DNA of 64,000 nt from a virus. Its lineage: Duplodnaviria > Caudoviricetes. Numbering within the stretch: the first letter of the stretch is position 1; the number at the start of each line of letters is the position of its first letter. Below the pieces are notes generated by a model that ran no database searches, had not been told where the DNA came from, and saw only the letters and a list, made by a program, of their open reading frames with translations. The stretch lies in IMG/VR virus record IMGVR_UViG_3300037047_000246; one strand, given 5' to 3'. Both the position numbers and the translations under genes were made by a program. Shown here one piece after another: positions 54,503-63,244 of this stretch.

Positions 54503-54655
54503 TCAGCTCTCCATTATCTTCGCGACCAGCCATTCGACCGATATCTCTGCAACCCGCCCGCCTCTGGCGATCTCCGCGAAAATCTCGCCGAAGTGCCGGA
54601 CAAAGCGCGGCGCTGCCTTTTCTGGAACTGGAGGCGCGCGCGCAGCGCTTCCCAT
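54503..54655 (-). pseudogene. 3' remnant of paralog of 49975-50490, tag (..EWLVAKIMES)
   Basis: IFAEIARGGRVAEISVEWLVAKIMES*. Confidence 0.7.
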
Positions 54656-54673
54656 TGTATGATTCGGGTGACC

Positions 54674-55372
54674 ATGTGCAACACATGCAAATTTCTCGAG
54701 GACGAATCCTGCGACGATGCGTCTCCCAACGACTGGTGCCCGAGATACGAGCCAGGCTCGTCAGCCGACAACGCCCGCCTTGCCGCCGAGAAAGCTGGGC
54801 TGGATGAGAAGCACAAGCAGCTCATGGACGGGTACGAGAGCTGCTACGACGCAGCCTCGCTGCAGGGAGATGCGCGCCGCCCCGAAGCGCTGCGGAACTG
54901 GATCGATGCCACCGTAGCTGAGCGCGACCAGCTCGATCGCGAGAACGCGGAGATCGGCGCCGACCGCGACATGATGCGCGGGGCGCAGAAGGAGGCAGAT
55001 CGGCTCCGGCACGGCGTGGCGATCAAAGGCGACTTCGTGTGCCCGAACGGCCTGCGCGCGACCGTAGCCGAGCAGGAGTTGGCAGAGGCGCGCATGTCAA
55101 TCGCCGCGCTGACCGGGGCGATTGCAGACGGCTCGCTGGAGCGCGACAAGCTGGCAGCCGAGCGAGACGAGGCGCGGGAGGCGCTGAAGCAGTGCGCGAA
55201 GGTGCGGCTCGAATACCAGCAGCAGCGCGACGAGTATCGGGCAGTGCTGGAAGACTTATCCTGCGACGGGTGCGAATACGGCGACAACTGCCCTCCGTTT
55301 GGCACCAATCACGGACAGTGTATGCCGTGCAAATGCAGGGAAGCCCTTGACCGGACGAGGAGGGGAGGATGA
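54674..55372 (+). CDS. coiled-coil protein with terminal Cys clusters
   Basis: CNTC..WC; heptads; CDGC..C..CMPC. Confidence 0.75.
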   Translation: MCNTCKFLEDESCDDASPNDWCPRYEPGSSADNARLAAEKAGLDEKHKQLMDGYESCYDAASLQGDARRPEALRNWIDATVAERDQLDRENAEIGADRDMMRGAQKEADRLRHGVAIKGDFVCPNGLRATVAEQELAEARMSIAALTGAIADGSLERDKLAAERDEAREALKQCAKVRLEYQQQRDEYRAVLEDLSCDGCEYGDNCPPFGTNHGQCMPCKCREALDRTRRGG

Positions 55373-55431
55373 GCTGCGCGATGGCGCGAAGATGCGGCTG
55401 CCGCCGCAACGCGCAGGAGCCGCGAGGCGAT

Positions 55432-56103
55432 ATGAAAGACTTGTTGCAGAAGCATGGGCTGACTCCTGAAGAGGCGTTCAAATTAGGTTTGCGCTGCATA
55501 CTGGACCTATGCCCGGAGCAGGTGCAGTTCGAAGCAGTCCAACAAAATGGGTACTTGATACAGTTCATAAAGAATCCGTCCGAACAGGTGCAGCTCGCAG
55601 CAGTCCGGCAGAGCGGCTTCTCAATCCAGTCCATCGAGCAGCCGTCCGAGCAGGTGCAGCTCGAAGCAGTCAAAGAAAACAGGGACTCGATCCGGTTCAT
55701 CGAGCGACCGTACGAGCAAGTTCAGCTCGCAGCAATCAAACAAGATGGGTTTTTGATCCAGTTCCTCAATGACCCGTCCGAACAAGTGCAACTCGAAGCA
55801 ATCCGGCAGAACGGTGAGGCGATTCAATTCGTCAAGAATCCATCCGAACAAATACAGCTTGCAGCAGTTAGGCAGTATGGGCAATCAGTTAGATTCGTCA
55901 AGCGGCCGTCCGAGCAGGTGCAACTCGCAGCAGTCCGTGAGAACGGACTATCGATCCAGCACGTCAAGAACCCGTCCGAGCAAGTGCAGCTCGCAGCAGT
56001 CAGACAGTACGGAGACTCAATTCTGTTCATCAATGATCCGTCGCATGAAATATTGGAGAGATTATTGACGGACTTGGCGATCAGGAGCGTGCAGGACTCG
56101 TGA
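55432..56103 (+). CDS. DUF4116-like 24-aa repeat protein, tag (..DLAIRSVQDS)
   Basis: tandem PSEQVQLAAVRQ repeats; paralog of 2558-3160. Confidence 0.85.
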   Translation: MKDLLQKHGLTPEEAFKLGLRCILDLCPEQVQFEAVQQNGYLIQFIKNPSEQVQLAAVRQSGFSIQSIEQPSEQVQLEAVKENRDSIRFIERPYEQVQLAAIKQDGFLIQFLNDPSEQVQLEAIRQNGEAIQFVKNPSEQIQLAAVRQYGQSVRFVKRPSEQVQLAAVRENGLSIQHVKNPSEQVQLAAVRQYGDSILFINDPSHEILERLLTDLAIRSVQDS

Positions 56104-56157
56104 GGTAGCTGACGGCGCAGTGCCGAATGCCTCGGAGCGCCAAACAAATTGAAACTG

Positions 56158-56391
56158 ATGAGCAACCTGAAGCTGGAGCCAAAATGGGAGCGTTGGGAAC
56201 CGGGCGTGCATGTGTACGGCCGCCATGCCCCAGGCAGCCCGGATCCGTACGGCGTATCTGTTTGCCTCGGATCGGATGGCAGGTGGTGCGCGTACGTTAC
56301 CACAATCAAGTCTCCAGGTGATTCTCAACACAGGACTTTGCGCGAAGCAAAAATTGCCGCAGAGAAGGGATACCTGAAGAAGATCGCGTAG
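56158..56391 (+). CDS. small hypothetical
   Basis: ORF track. Confidence 0.55.
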   Translation: MSNLKLEPKWERWEPGVHVYGRHAPGSPDPYGVSVCLGSDGRWCAYVTTIKSPGDSQHRTLREAKIAAEKGYLKKIA

Positions 56392-56435
56392 AGCGTAAGT
56401 CATGACAGCGACTATTTCAACTATGGATTTGACGA

Positions 56436-56630
56436 GTGATGATCATGCCTAACATCGCCGCGCTCTTGGCCGGGCGGGACTACGTTGACGACGTGCTTGT
56501 GGCCGATGGACTGTCATTCGCCGACGCGCACATGCTTGCCTATACCAAGAACTGCGCAGAGCCTGGGGACAGCCCATCTTACTACCGAGTCGTTGATGAC
56601 GATTACGAACTACAGAGGTTTGAACCATGA
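56436..56630 (+). CDS. small hypothetical
   Basis: coupled to next gene. Confidence 0.6.
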   Translation: MMIMPNIAALLAGRDYVDDVLVADGLSFADAHMLAYTKNCAEPGDSPSYYRVVDDDYELQRFEP

Positions 56631-56986
56631 CCAACGCCGACATTGACCGCATCATCGGGGAGTGGAGCAGCCAAGAATCGAAGTCACTGCGCGACCTGTG
56701 CCGCACCATCGCCACCCGCGCCACCAAGGTGGAGAGGGAGGCGTGTGCCTGTTACCTGTTCGACCGTGCCGAGCAGTACGACCCGAGCACCGGCACGCGC
56801 GCGGCATTCGACGAGTTGATCCGCGACGTTCGAGCGGGCTGGCATGCCGAGTGTTTTGCAGCGGGGGAGTATGACGACCTGCGAGCGGCACGCAAGGTGG
56901 GAGAACTGAAACTGCCCCCGCGCGAAAGCGTTTACAAGATGGCAATGGTGCGAGCGGCCGAAATCCGCGCAAGGGGTGCGAAATGA
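56627..56986 (+). CDS. hypothetical protein
   Basis: ATGA overlap. Confidence 0.65.
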   Translation: MTNADIDRIIGEWSSQESKSLRDLCRTIATRATKVEREACACYLFDRAEQYDPSTGTRAAFDELIRDVRAGWHAECFAAGEYDDLRAARKVGELKLPPRESVYKMAMVRAAEIRARGAK

Positions 56987-57243
56987 GCGAACCGAGCGAC
57001 AAAGACCTATTCTACACCTACCGCATCGCGGTCGAGGCATCTGAGCGCACGCCGGCTTCGGCCGCAGAGGTGGATGGTCTTCGTGCCGTCTTCGAGGCAG
57101 GCCGCGCCGCCGAGAGGGATAGCCGCTTCTCGTACCTTACACGCATCGCGGAAGCGGTCGCTGAGGCCACCATCACGACCGGCAAGGCAAACATTGTTGA
57201 GGCAATTTTGGCAATGGGGATGGGGGTGAAGGATGAAACGTGA
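56983..57243 (+). CDS. small hypothetical
   Basis: ATGA overlap. Confidence 0.6.
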   Translation: MSEPSDKDLFYTYRIAVEASERTPASAAEVDGLRAVFEAGRAAERDSRFSYLTRIAEAVAEATITTGKANIVEAILAMGMGVKDET

Positions 57244-57446
57244 GCGAGCCTGCGAGCGAATTGTCTGCCAAAATCCATTCCTTTGTGCTGTGGGCCGTTC
57301 TCAGGGCTGTTCTGCGAACCGCTCAAAATATTGGATCCACCATCCATCGCCGACAGGCTACTCGATCGCGGAGTTGGTGACGGGACGGACGAGCGAACTG
57401 CCGCCGGCGGTGCGTAGGTCTGGAACTCTATGGAGTAACAGTCGAG

Positions 57447-57779
57447 ATGAAGCACAAAGGCCGCCACTGGGGCCGCAGCTGGGAAGCGACCGAGGACGTG
57501 TCAGAGCAGCTCGTCGATGGCCGCGTGCGTACTGCGCTTGAGTGCGCGTTCGCGTCAGCTTGCATGGACGTCGAGGCAGGCTCCGAAGAGCTCGCCTCTG
57601 CCAAGGTGAGAAAAACTCCAAACGGAATGTGGAAAGTTTCAGCAACCTGCTGCGGAAAGCTGGCGCACCGAGTGACGTCAAGGTGCGCTTCGTGCGGCGC
57701 AGACGTCATGCCCGGAGGTTCTGATCACCCAATGAACGGGTGCATCGAAGTGGCCGTGCAAGAGGTCATGGAGATCTGA
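57447..57779 (+). CDS. Cys-rich hypothetical, tag (..EVAVQEVMEI)
   Basis: CASC; tag. Confidence 0.7.
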   Translation: MKHKGRHWGRSWEATEDVSEQLVDGRVRTALECAFASACMDVEAGSEELASAKVRKTPNGMWKVSATCCGKLAHRVTSRCASCGADVMPGGSDHPMNGCIEVAVQEVMEI

Positions 57780-57813
57780 GACCGGCGTAGGCTTTTGATT
57801 CGCGTTGTCGAGC

Positions 57814-58566
57814 ATGACTACAAAAATTGCTCGCGCCGCACGCATGTTTGCCGACAAGCTTGAAGCAAAGAGCACGGCACACCAGAACGCGTCTCGCCAG
57901 TTGATTGCTCTAGCTTTCAGCTTGGCTGCGGATCCGGTGGAAATGCTGCGGCACCGAGCGGCATCTGCATCGAGCGCCAGTGTCAAAGCGGCCTTGACCA
58001 AGGCCGCACAAAGCGTAGCGGCTGCCGGCAGGCTTGCGGCGGACAAAGCTGACCCGCTGGTCGTGCTGCGACAGCAGATTGACCTAGCGAAGGATGCGGA
58101 AGTCAAGAAAGCGCTTGAGGAAGTCCTCGAGAAGCTGGAAGGCTTGCGCTCCAAAGCGGCTTCAGTCCTGGCTGCTGACGACAAAACAGTGTTCACTCGC
58201 ATGAGCGAAATGTTCCCTGACGGCGCGCCGAAGACTCCGCAAGACGACAAAGCTGTGTTTGCCCGCATCGAAGACGTGCTTGGAGACTCAGCGAGCGACC
58301 CTGAGGTCAAGCGCGCCGTGGAAGAGCTCATGCGGGCTTTGGAGCAGTCCGGCCAAACCAAATCCGCCTCTGCGCGTCGTTTGGCCGTGGACGGCGTAAT
58401 CGACGCGAGCACTCTGATCAAGACTTTAGAGGGTGCGCTGCGCGCCGGAAAGCTCACGCCGGAGCAAGAAAAGAATGCCAAGCTGCTGCTGCAGCAGCTG
58501 CAAGAGTCGTCTCAAGACAAGCAAGAAAAAGTGGCCGCACGGCTTGCAGCAAGGTTCGCGCGGTAG
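57814..58566 (+). CDS. helical protein with KIARAA/KVAARLA termini (possible virion protein)
   Basis: internal DDKxVFxR repeats; TAGGCTTTTGATT upstream, no SD. Confidence 0.75.
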   Translation: MTTKIARAARMFADKLEAKSTAHQNASRQLIALAFSLAADPVEMLRHRAASASSASVKAALTKAAQSVAAAGRLAADKADPLVVLRQQIDLAKDAEVKKALEEVLEKLEGLRSKAASVLAADDKTVFTRMSEMFPDGAPKTPQDDKAVFARIEDVLGDSASDPEVKRAVEELMRALEQSGQTKSASARRLAVDGVIDASTLIKTLEGALRAGKLTPEQEKNAKLLLQQLQESSQDKQEKVAARLAARFAR

Positions 58567-59405
58567 ATTCCGCATCCGATGCGGATGACGTGGTCGTCGC
58601 CGAGCAGCTTGCCCCAATACCGGACCAGCTCCGGGTCATCGTAGTGCTGGGTACCGCGTGGGATCATGAAGAACACATTGTACCTCTGCTGACAAGCCTG
58701 GACAATCTCTTCTACGTCGAGGCTGTCGGGGGGTCTGCTTATTGGCTTTTGCCAACGGTTCCGTTGCGCCTTTATCGGCGAGCTTGGCGGCTTCGGCATC
58801 CGGCAGATCGCCGAGCACATCGCGCAGCTGGGTGGCCGGAGTCTTGCGGTACGCATGCTCATCGCCTACGACGAACAAGTACCCTTTCTTGCCGCGCTTC
58901 TCGAGGCAATCGCAACTGGTGCGGTGCGCGAAGAAGTACAGGGCGTTCTGATACGATTCTTCATACGAGCCGCCACCTCCGCCTTCGAGCACAAACTTCG
59001 TGAGGTTGTCATCCATTTCGATGCCAGATTCGAACTGGCCGATCTGCAGCGGCACCCGGTCCGAAAAGTAGTCGCCAATGGCGCCGAACAGCACTTGCGG
59101 TCCTTGACGTAGCCCTTGCGGATGAGCATGCCCATCAGCTGCGGCAGCTTCTTCTGCATGATGGCAGGCTTGTCCGACATCGACCCGGTCACGTCGAACA
59201 GCACGGCGATGGCGAGCGACTCTGGGTGCGCTGCCGAATCGCGAGCCTCTCGCACTTTGCCCTTCACATCGAGGGAGTCGTGCACCTTCCTGTCCACACG
59301 CCCAGCTCTGTAGTCCGCGTCGTAGCTGAACGTCGGCACCGCGCGCTTGGCCCTGTCGGTGACCCGGCTGGTGTAGTGATCATCGCTCCATGAACTGCCG
59401 CCCAT
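58563..59405 (-). pseudogene. vWA-domain protein, two frameshifts (near 59099 and 58730) and 3' truncation
   Basis: MGGSSWS.., DVTGSM MIDAS, GAIGD..LQIGQFES, EGGGGG, VGDE. Confidence 0.8.
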
Positions 59406-59427
59406 TTTCAATCTCCTTGTTGTGCCC

Positions 59428-60542
59428 TCATGAGGGCTGAGGCATCGCAAAAGGCCTGTACGTGCGCTTGCCCACCAGCTGGTACATCAGCTCATCGAAC
59501 TCTCTGTGCAGCTCCCAGGCATCGTCTGGCCGCGCGTGGGGCGCGTCGAGCGCGCATCCCCTCAAGAAGGATTGCAGCTTCTTGGGCACGGCGTCCGGCA
59601 TCCTTAGAGTCGCCGGATCTCCACCCAGCAACATAACCATCGTCTTGGCCACCATAAAGATGTCTGTGCGCGGCGTCGGCGCGCCTTTGCTCAGCACCTC
59701 TGGCGCGTAGCATGCACGCCAAGCGCGGCTGGCGAACGGAATGCGCGCGCCGTCTTGCGCGGCCGACGTCCAGTCCAACAGGATCGCCCCGTGGTTGATC
59801 GGGTGCACCATGACGTGCGGCGGAATCACGGCGCCGTGCACGACTCCGGCGCCGTGCACCAGGTGCAGCGCTGACAGCAGGCGCTTGAACATCCAAGCGG
59901 CGTCTTTGCAGTCGATGCCCTTGGGGAAGGCGTGCAGCACGCGCTCGAGCGGAATGTGCTCGTCGTAGCAGGCGAAGATGTTGACTCGTCTGCTGGCGCC
60001 TTTGGCGTCGCGCATGCTGAAGTCGTCGACCAGCTCCGGCAGAAGCTTGAGCAGCTTCTCGGCTCGGGCTGACGTCTTCTTGAAGACGTGGCGCAGGGTC
60101 TTGGCTTCATTCTCTATCAAGTCGTTGTCGCCCGCGTTGCGAGCGACTTTGAACACCGCCTTGCGGTCTTGCGCGCCGTCCGCCCAGGTGCAGTCGTACA
60201 CGTCCGCGATATCTCCCGAGCACCGCAAGGCGCCGACCACGTACTTGCGGCGCTTGACTTGCACCACGACGGGACTGGCCTTCGGAGCAGGAGCCGCGGC
60301 GGCCTTGTCGCCATAAGTGCCGGCTCTTACTTTGGCCTCGGCTGCAGCGTTTATGGCTGTGAGCTTGGTGAACGCTGCAGTCGCTTGCGACTTGTCGGCA
60401 TGATGGTCGGGGTGAACGACTTGCACGAGCTGCCGATATAGCGCCTTCAGATCATGCAGCTGTTTGGCCTGGTCGCCGCTCAGCGCGCCGAACACATCTT
60501 CAGGGGCGCCGCCAGAATGCTCTGCAACACCTTGTCTGCCAT
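59428..60542 (-). CDS. J-domain-like + protein-kinase-fold protein (probable pseudokinase), 5' frameshift near 60507
   Basis: HPD motif; VFKVAR; catalytic loop HGAVIPPH; LLDW; APEV; RTDIFM. Confidence 0.75.
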
Positions 60543-60596
60543 TGGTTCACCCGCGCCACATTACACCCCGCCAGGCGTAATTTTCGGGCTGGGTGA

Positions 60597-61244
60597 TCAC
60601 AACTGACGAAGGTATTCGCTCACTCGACGTCGGCACAGTTCTGCCGCCGCGTCATCAAACGCGGTCCTCGCACCTTTCGACGCGTTGCATGTCTGGTGGG
60701 CGATGCGCGCATTCTCGGGGCAGTGAGTGCCGCCAAACTTCAATGGTACAACATGGTCGATAGTTGGCCTGAGCTTGATGTCAGGGCAGTCCGCTATCGT
60801 GTCGATGCCGCAAATGTGACAAGCACACCCTCGCCCACGGATCAGGTCACCGATGGTGAAGGCTTCAAGCTGTTCCATCTTGCGTTTGGCTCTGCGCTGC
60901 GCAATTTGGGCCCTCTTCTTCCCGGGGTTGGCCTTGTAGAAGGCCGACACTCTGGCGCGCTCTTTGATCCTGTCCTCCTCCGAGCGATTGGCTCGGGCAG
61001 CCGATATAACTTCTTGGCTGCGTTCGTACCGCGAGTGATTTGCGCGCTTGCACTCGGCCTGATGTTCCATCCTATACTTGCGTGTCCTGGACTTCACCTT
61101 TTCTTTGTTGGCCACATACCTTCGCGAAGTTCTTCCCCTGGTGCAGTATACGCACTCCGCCATCCGGCGGATTTTGCCGCATGTCTTCCGGGTGTAGAAC
61201 TCGCCTGGCTCACGCGGAAGCCCGCAGATCGAACAATTAATCAT
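60597..61244 (-). CDS. HNH endonuclease with N-terminal Zn finger
   Basis: CSICG..CVYC; CHICG..TIDHVVP..GG.H..N..AH..CN. Confidence 0.88.
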   Translation of the reverse strand: MINCSICGLPREPGEFYTRKTCGKIRRMAECVYCTRGRTSRRYVANKEKVKSRTRKYRMEHQAECKRANHSRYERSQEVISAARANRSEEDRIKERARVSAFYKANPGKKRAQIAQRRAKRKMEQLEAFTIGDLIRGRGCACHICGIDTIADCPDIKLRPTIDHVVPLKFGGTHCPENARIAHQTCNASKGARTAFDDAAAELCRRRVSEYLRQL

Positions 61245-61281
61245 ATGAGCAAAGAACCACAAAAAGCCAAGGAGGTCCAGC

Positions 61282-62181
61282 ATGCGGAGCAAACCAACTG
61301 TGACGGCGGCCAGCAAAGGCAAAATCGTAGTCCACAGCGGGTTTCAAGGATATGATGTATACATCAACTCGTATGTCGGATGTGAGTTCGGGTGCTCGTA
61401 CTGCTACGTCAGGTGGTTCCTGAAGGATGCGCGCCCCTGGGGGCAGTTCGTGCGCCCCAGGATGCACCTGCCCAAGCGGCTAGCCAAGGAGTTGGCGCTG
61501 GTGGCGGGCAAGCGCGTGGTCATGGGGACGATGACAGATCCTTACCAGCCGCTCGAGCGCCAAATGCGGCTGACCCGCCAGGCGCTGCAACTGATGGCGA
61601 ACGCCCCGGTACCGCCAAGCAAAGTCGGCATCTTCACCCGCTCGCCGATCATGCTCGATGACCTGGCTCTGATTGCATCGCTACCCAAGGCTCGCGTGCA
61701 CATGACAGTGCCGCCGCTGCCGCGCGACGCCCAAGTGCTGATGGAGCCCATTCCAGTGCTGGCTCGGGCGCGCTGGGACGCGGTGGCCAAGCTCAAGGCA
61801 GCTGGAATTCGGGTGCACGTCAACATCGCGCCGTCTATCCCGATACTGTCCGACGGGTTGGTGGAGGCCAACGCGCGAATGCTGGCGGCGCTGGGAGTGG
61901 ACGAGTTCTTCGTCGACTCGATGCAAGCGTACTCAGACAGCTTCGCCTGCACCGCCGCGGTGATGGCGGGGCACCCGGACTGGCCGGCCATAACCAAGAT
62001 CATCCAGGACAAGGCGGCGTACGCCGTCTGGAAGAAGAAGCACCGGGACGACTGGATGTCGGCCTGGAAGCAAGTGGGCCAGCCCGGCGCACTGCCCATC
62101 TGGTGCGATCACGAGACGCGAGTCTGGGAAGACATGAGGACTGGCTTGGCGCTGGACCCTGCGACCTACGACGCGGCTTGA
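61282..62181 (+). CDS. radical SAM protein, SplB/spore-photoproduct-lyase-like
   Basis: YVGCEFGCSYCYV; TDPYQPLE; FTRSP. Confidence 0.85.
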   Translation: MRSKPTVTAASKGKIVVHSGFQGYDVYINSYVGCEFGCSYCYVRWFLKDARPWGQFVRPRMHLPKRLAKELALVAGKRVVMGTMTDPYQPLERQMRLTRQALQLMANAPVPPSKVGIFTRSPIMLDDLALIASLPKARVHMTVPPLPRDAQVLMEPIPVLARARWDAVAKLKAAGIRVHVNIAPSIPILSDGLVEANARMLAALGVDEFFVDSMQAYSDSFACTAAVMAGHPDWPAITKIIQDKAAYAVWKKKHRDDWMSAWKQVGQPGALPIWCDHETRVWEDMRTGLALDPATYDAA

Positions 62182-62183
62182 CG

Positions 62184-62732
62184 ATGGCGAACTGGGATCG
62201 CATCTACGCCTCGCTACAAGCTGCCGTAGTGGCTGCCGAGGGGTGTCTGACCGACGCGCCTTCCAGAGCGCACGGCACGAAAGCGGACTGGCACATTCGC
62301 ACGCTGCAGCGCGGAGAGATGCCCTGGTGCGCCACCATGAGATCGGATGGCCTGCTAGTGCAAGCTGGCCATAATGCAGCATTCTCCATTCGGCTGACAA
62401 ACCGCGAGCCTGAAAGCCTGCGCCGGCTTGTGGGATTCCTGTGTATGCTGAGCACCATGCACACGATCGGGGGCAGGGAGCAACTTCATGTTAATGTCGA
62501 GCATGAGGCCAAGCGACTGTCGCGCTTCATCAGATGTGATATGGGTCCGCGTGCGGCCTCATTCTATAGCGAAGTGATGGAATATTGGCGCGATCCTCTA
62601 GATATCCGACGCGCCAAAGTCGAGCAAGTTATGCGACATATTTTAGCCGAATGTCTTGATGTCGGGATGACCATGCAGGACGTCGCCAAGATGTGGGACG
62701 AAATGCAGGTGCAGAAAGTCCACGACGAGTGA
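62184..62732 (+). CDS. hypothetical, extended tag (..GMTMQDVAKMWDEMQVQKVHDE)
   Basis: tag. Confidence 0.75.
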   Translation: MANWDRIYASLQAAVVAAEGCLTDAPSRAHGTKADWHIRTLQRGEMPWCATMRSDGLLVQAGHNAAFSIRLTNREPESLRRLVGFLCMLSTMHTIGGREQLHVNVEHEAKRLSRFIRCDMGPRAASFYSEVMEYWRDPLDIRRAKVEQVMRHILAECLDVGMTMQDVAKMWDEMQVQKVHDE

Positions 62733-62733
62733 G

Positions 62734-62916
62734 CTATGTGCCTTTGTAGCCGTCAGCCGCCCATCCGGAGCCTTTGAGCACAAACAACGCAGCCGACACG
62801 AGGCGCTTGGCTGACTCTTGGCTGCACTGCGGGCATTTCTTGTCTGGCTCCGCGGTGATTGGTGCCTCTTTTTCCCATTTGTGGCCGCATGCGCAACATT
62901 CGTACTCATATGTCAT
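62734..62916 (-). CDS. FmdB-family zinc-ribbon protein
   Basis: MTYEYECCACG..CPQC..RLVS..FVLKGSGWAADGY. Confidence 0.88.
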   Translation of the reverse strand: MTYEYECCACGHKWEKEAPITAEPDKKCPQCSQESAKRLVSAALFVLKGSGWAADGYKGT

Positions 62917-63031
62917 GTCGGACGTTACTGTAATTTGCCTATGTCATAAACCTCACTATCTGCGCGATGTGGCCAAAGGTCCGCGGGATCGCCAAGACCG
63001 ACAAACGCTCGTGCTGGGGAAGGAGGCTTGA

Positions 63032-63244
63032 GTGCCTATCGAGTGTGTCTTGCTACATACGCAGTCCAGCCTGTTCGCGGTGTGCCCGAAGTGTGGCGAG
63101 CGGTTTGAGCATTTCATGCGAGGACAGGTGCAGTCATGGTGGCGACGGTGGGCTGGCATTGGCTACTGCGCCGCAATCTGCCGCGAGTGCAAGTGTGTGG
63201 TTGGGTGGGAGAAGCCCACCACGGCTGGGAGGAGTGGTGGATGA
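63032..63244 (+). CDS. small Zn-ribbon protein
   Basis: CPKCG..CRECK..GWE. Confidence 0.6.
   Translation: MPIECVLLHTQSSLFAVCPKCGERFEHFMRGQVQSWWRRWAGIGYCAAICRECKCVVGWEKPTTAGRSGG

Noticed and set aside
49975-54655. Diversity-generating retroelement TR/VR pair
   Set aside because: Differences are not adenine-specific, and no reverse transcriptase is in the window.
1049-62732. The C-terminal tag as a mere Shine-Dalgarno/ATGA overlap artefact
   Set aside because: GAG-GTG can supply an SD in some cases. It cannot explain GTC/GTT/ACG codons, the Q/H/M choice, the -7 and -10 positions, or tags on operon-final genes.
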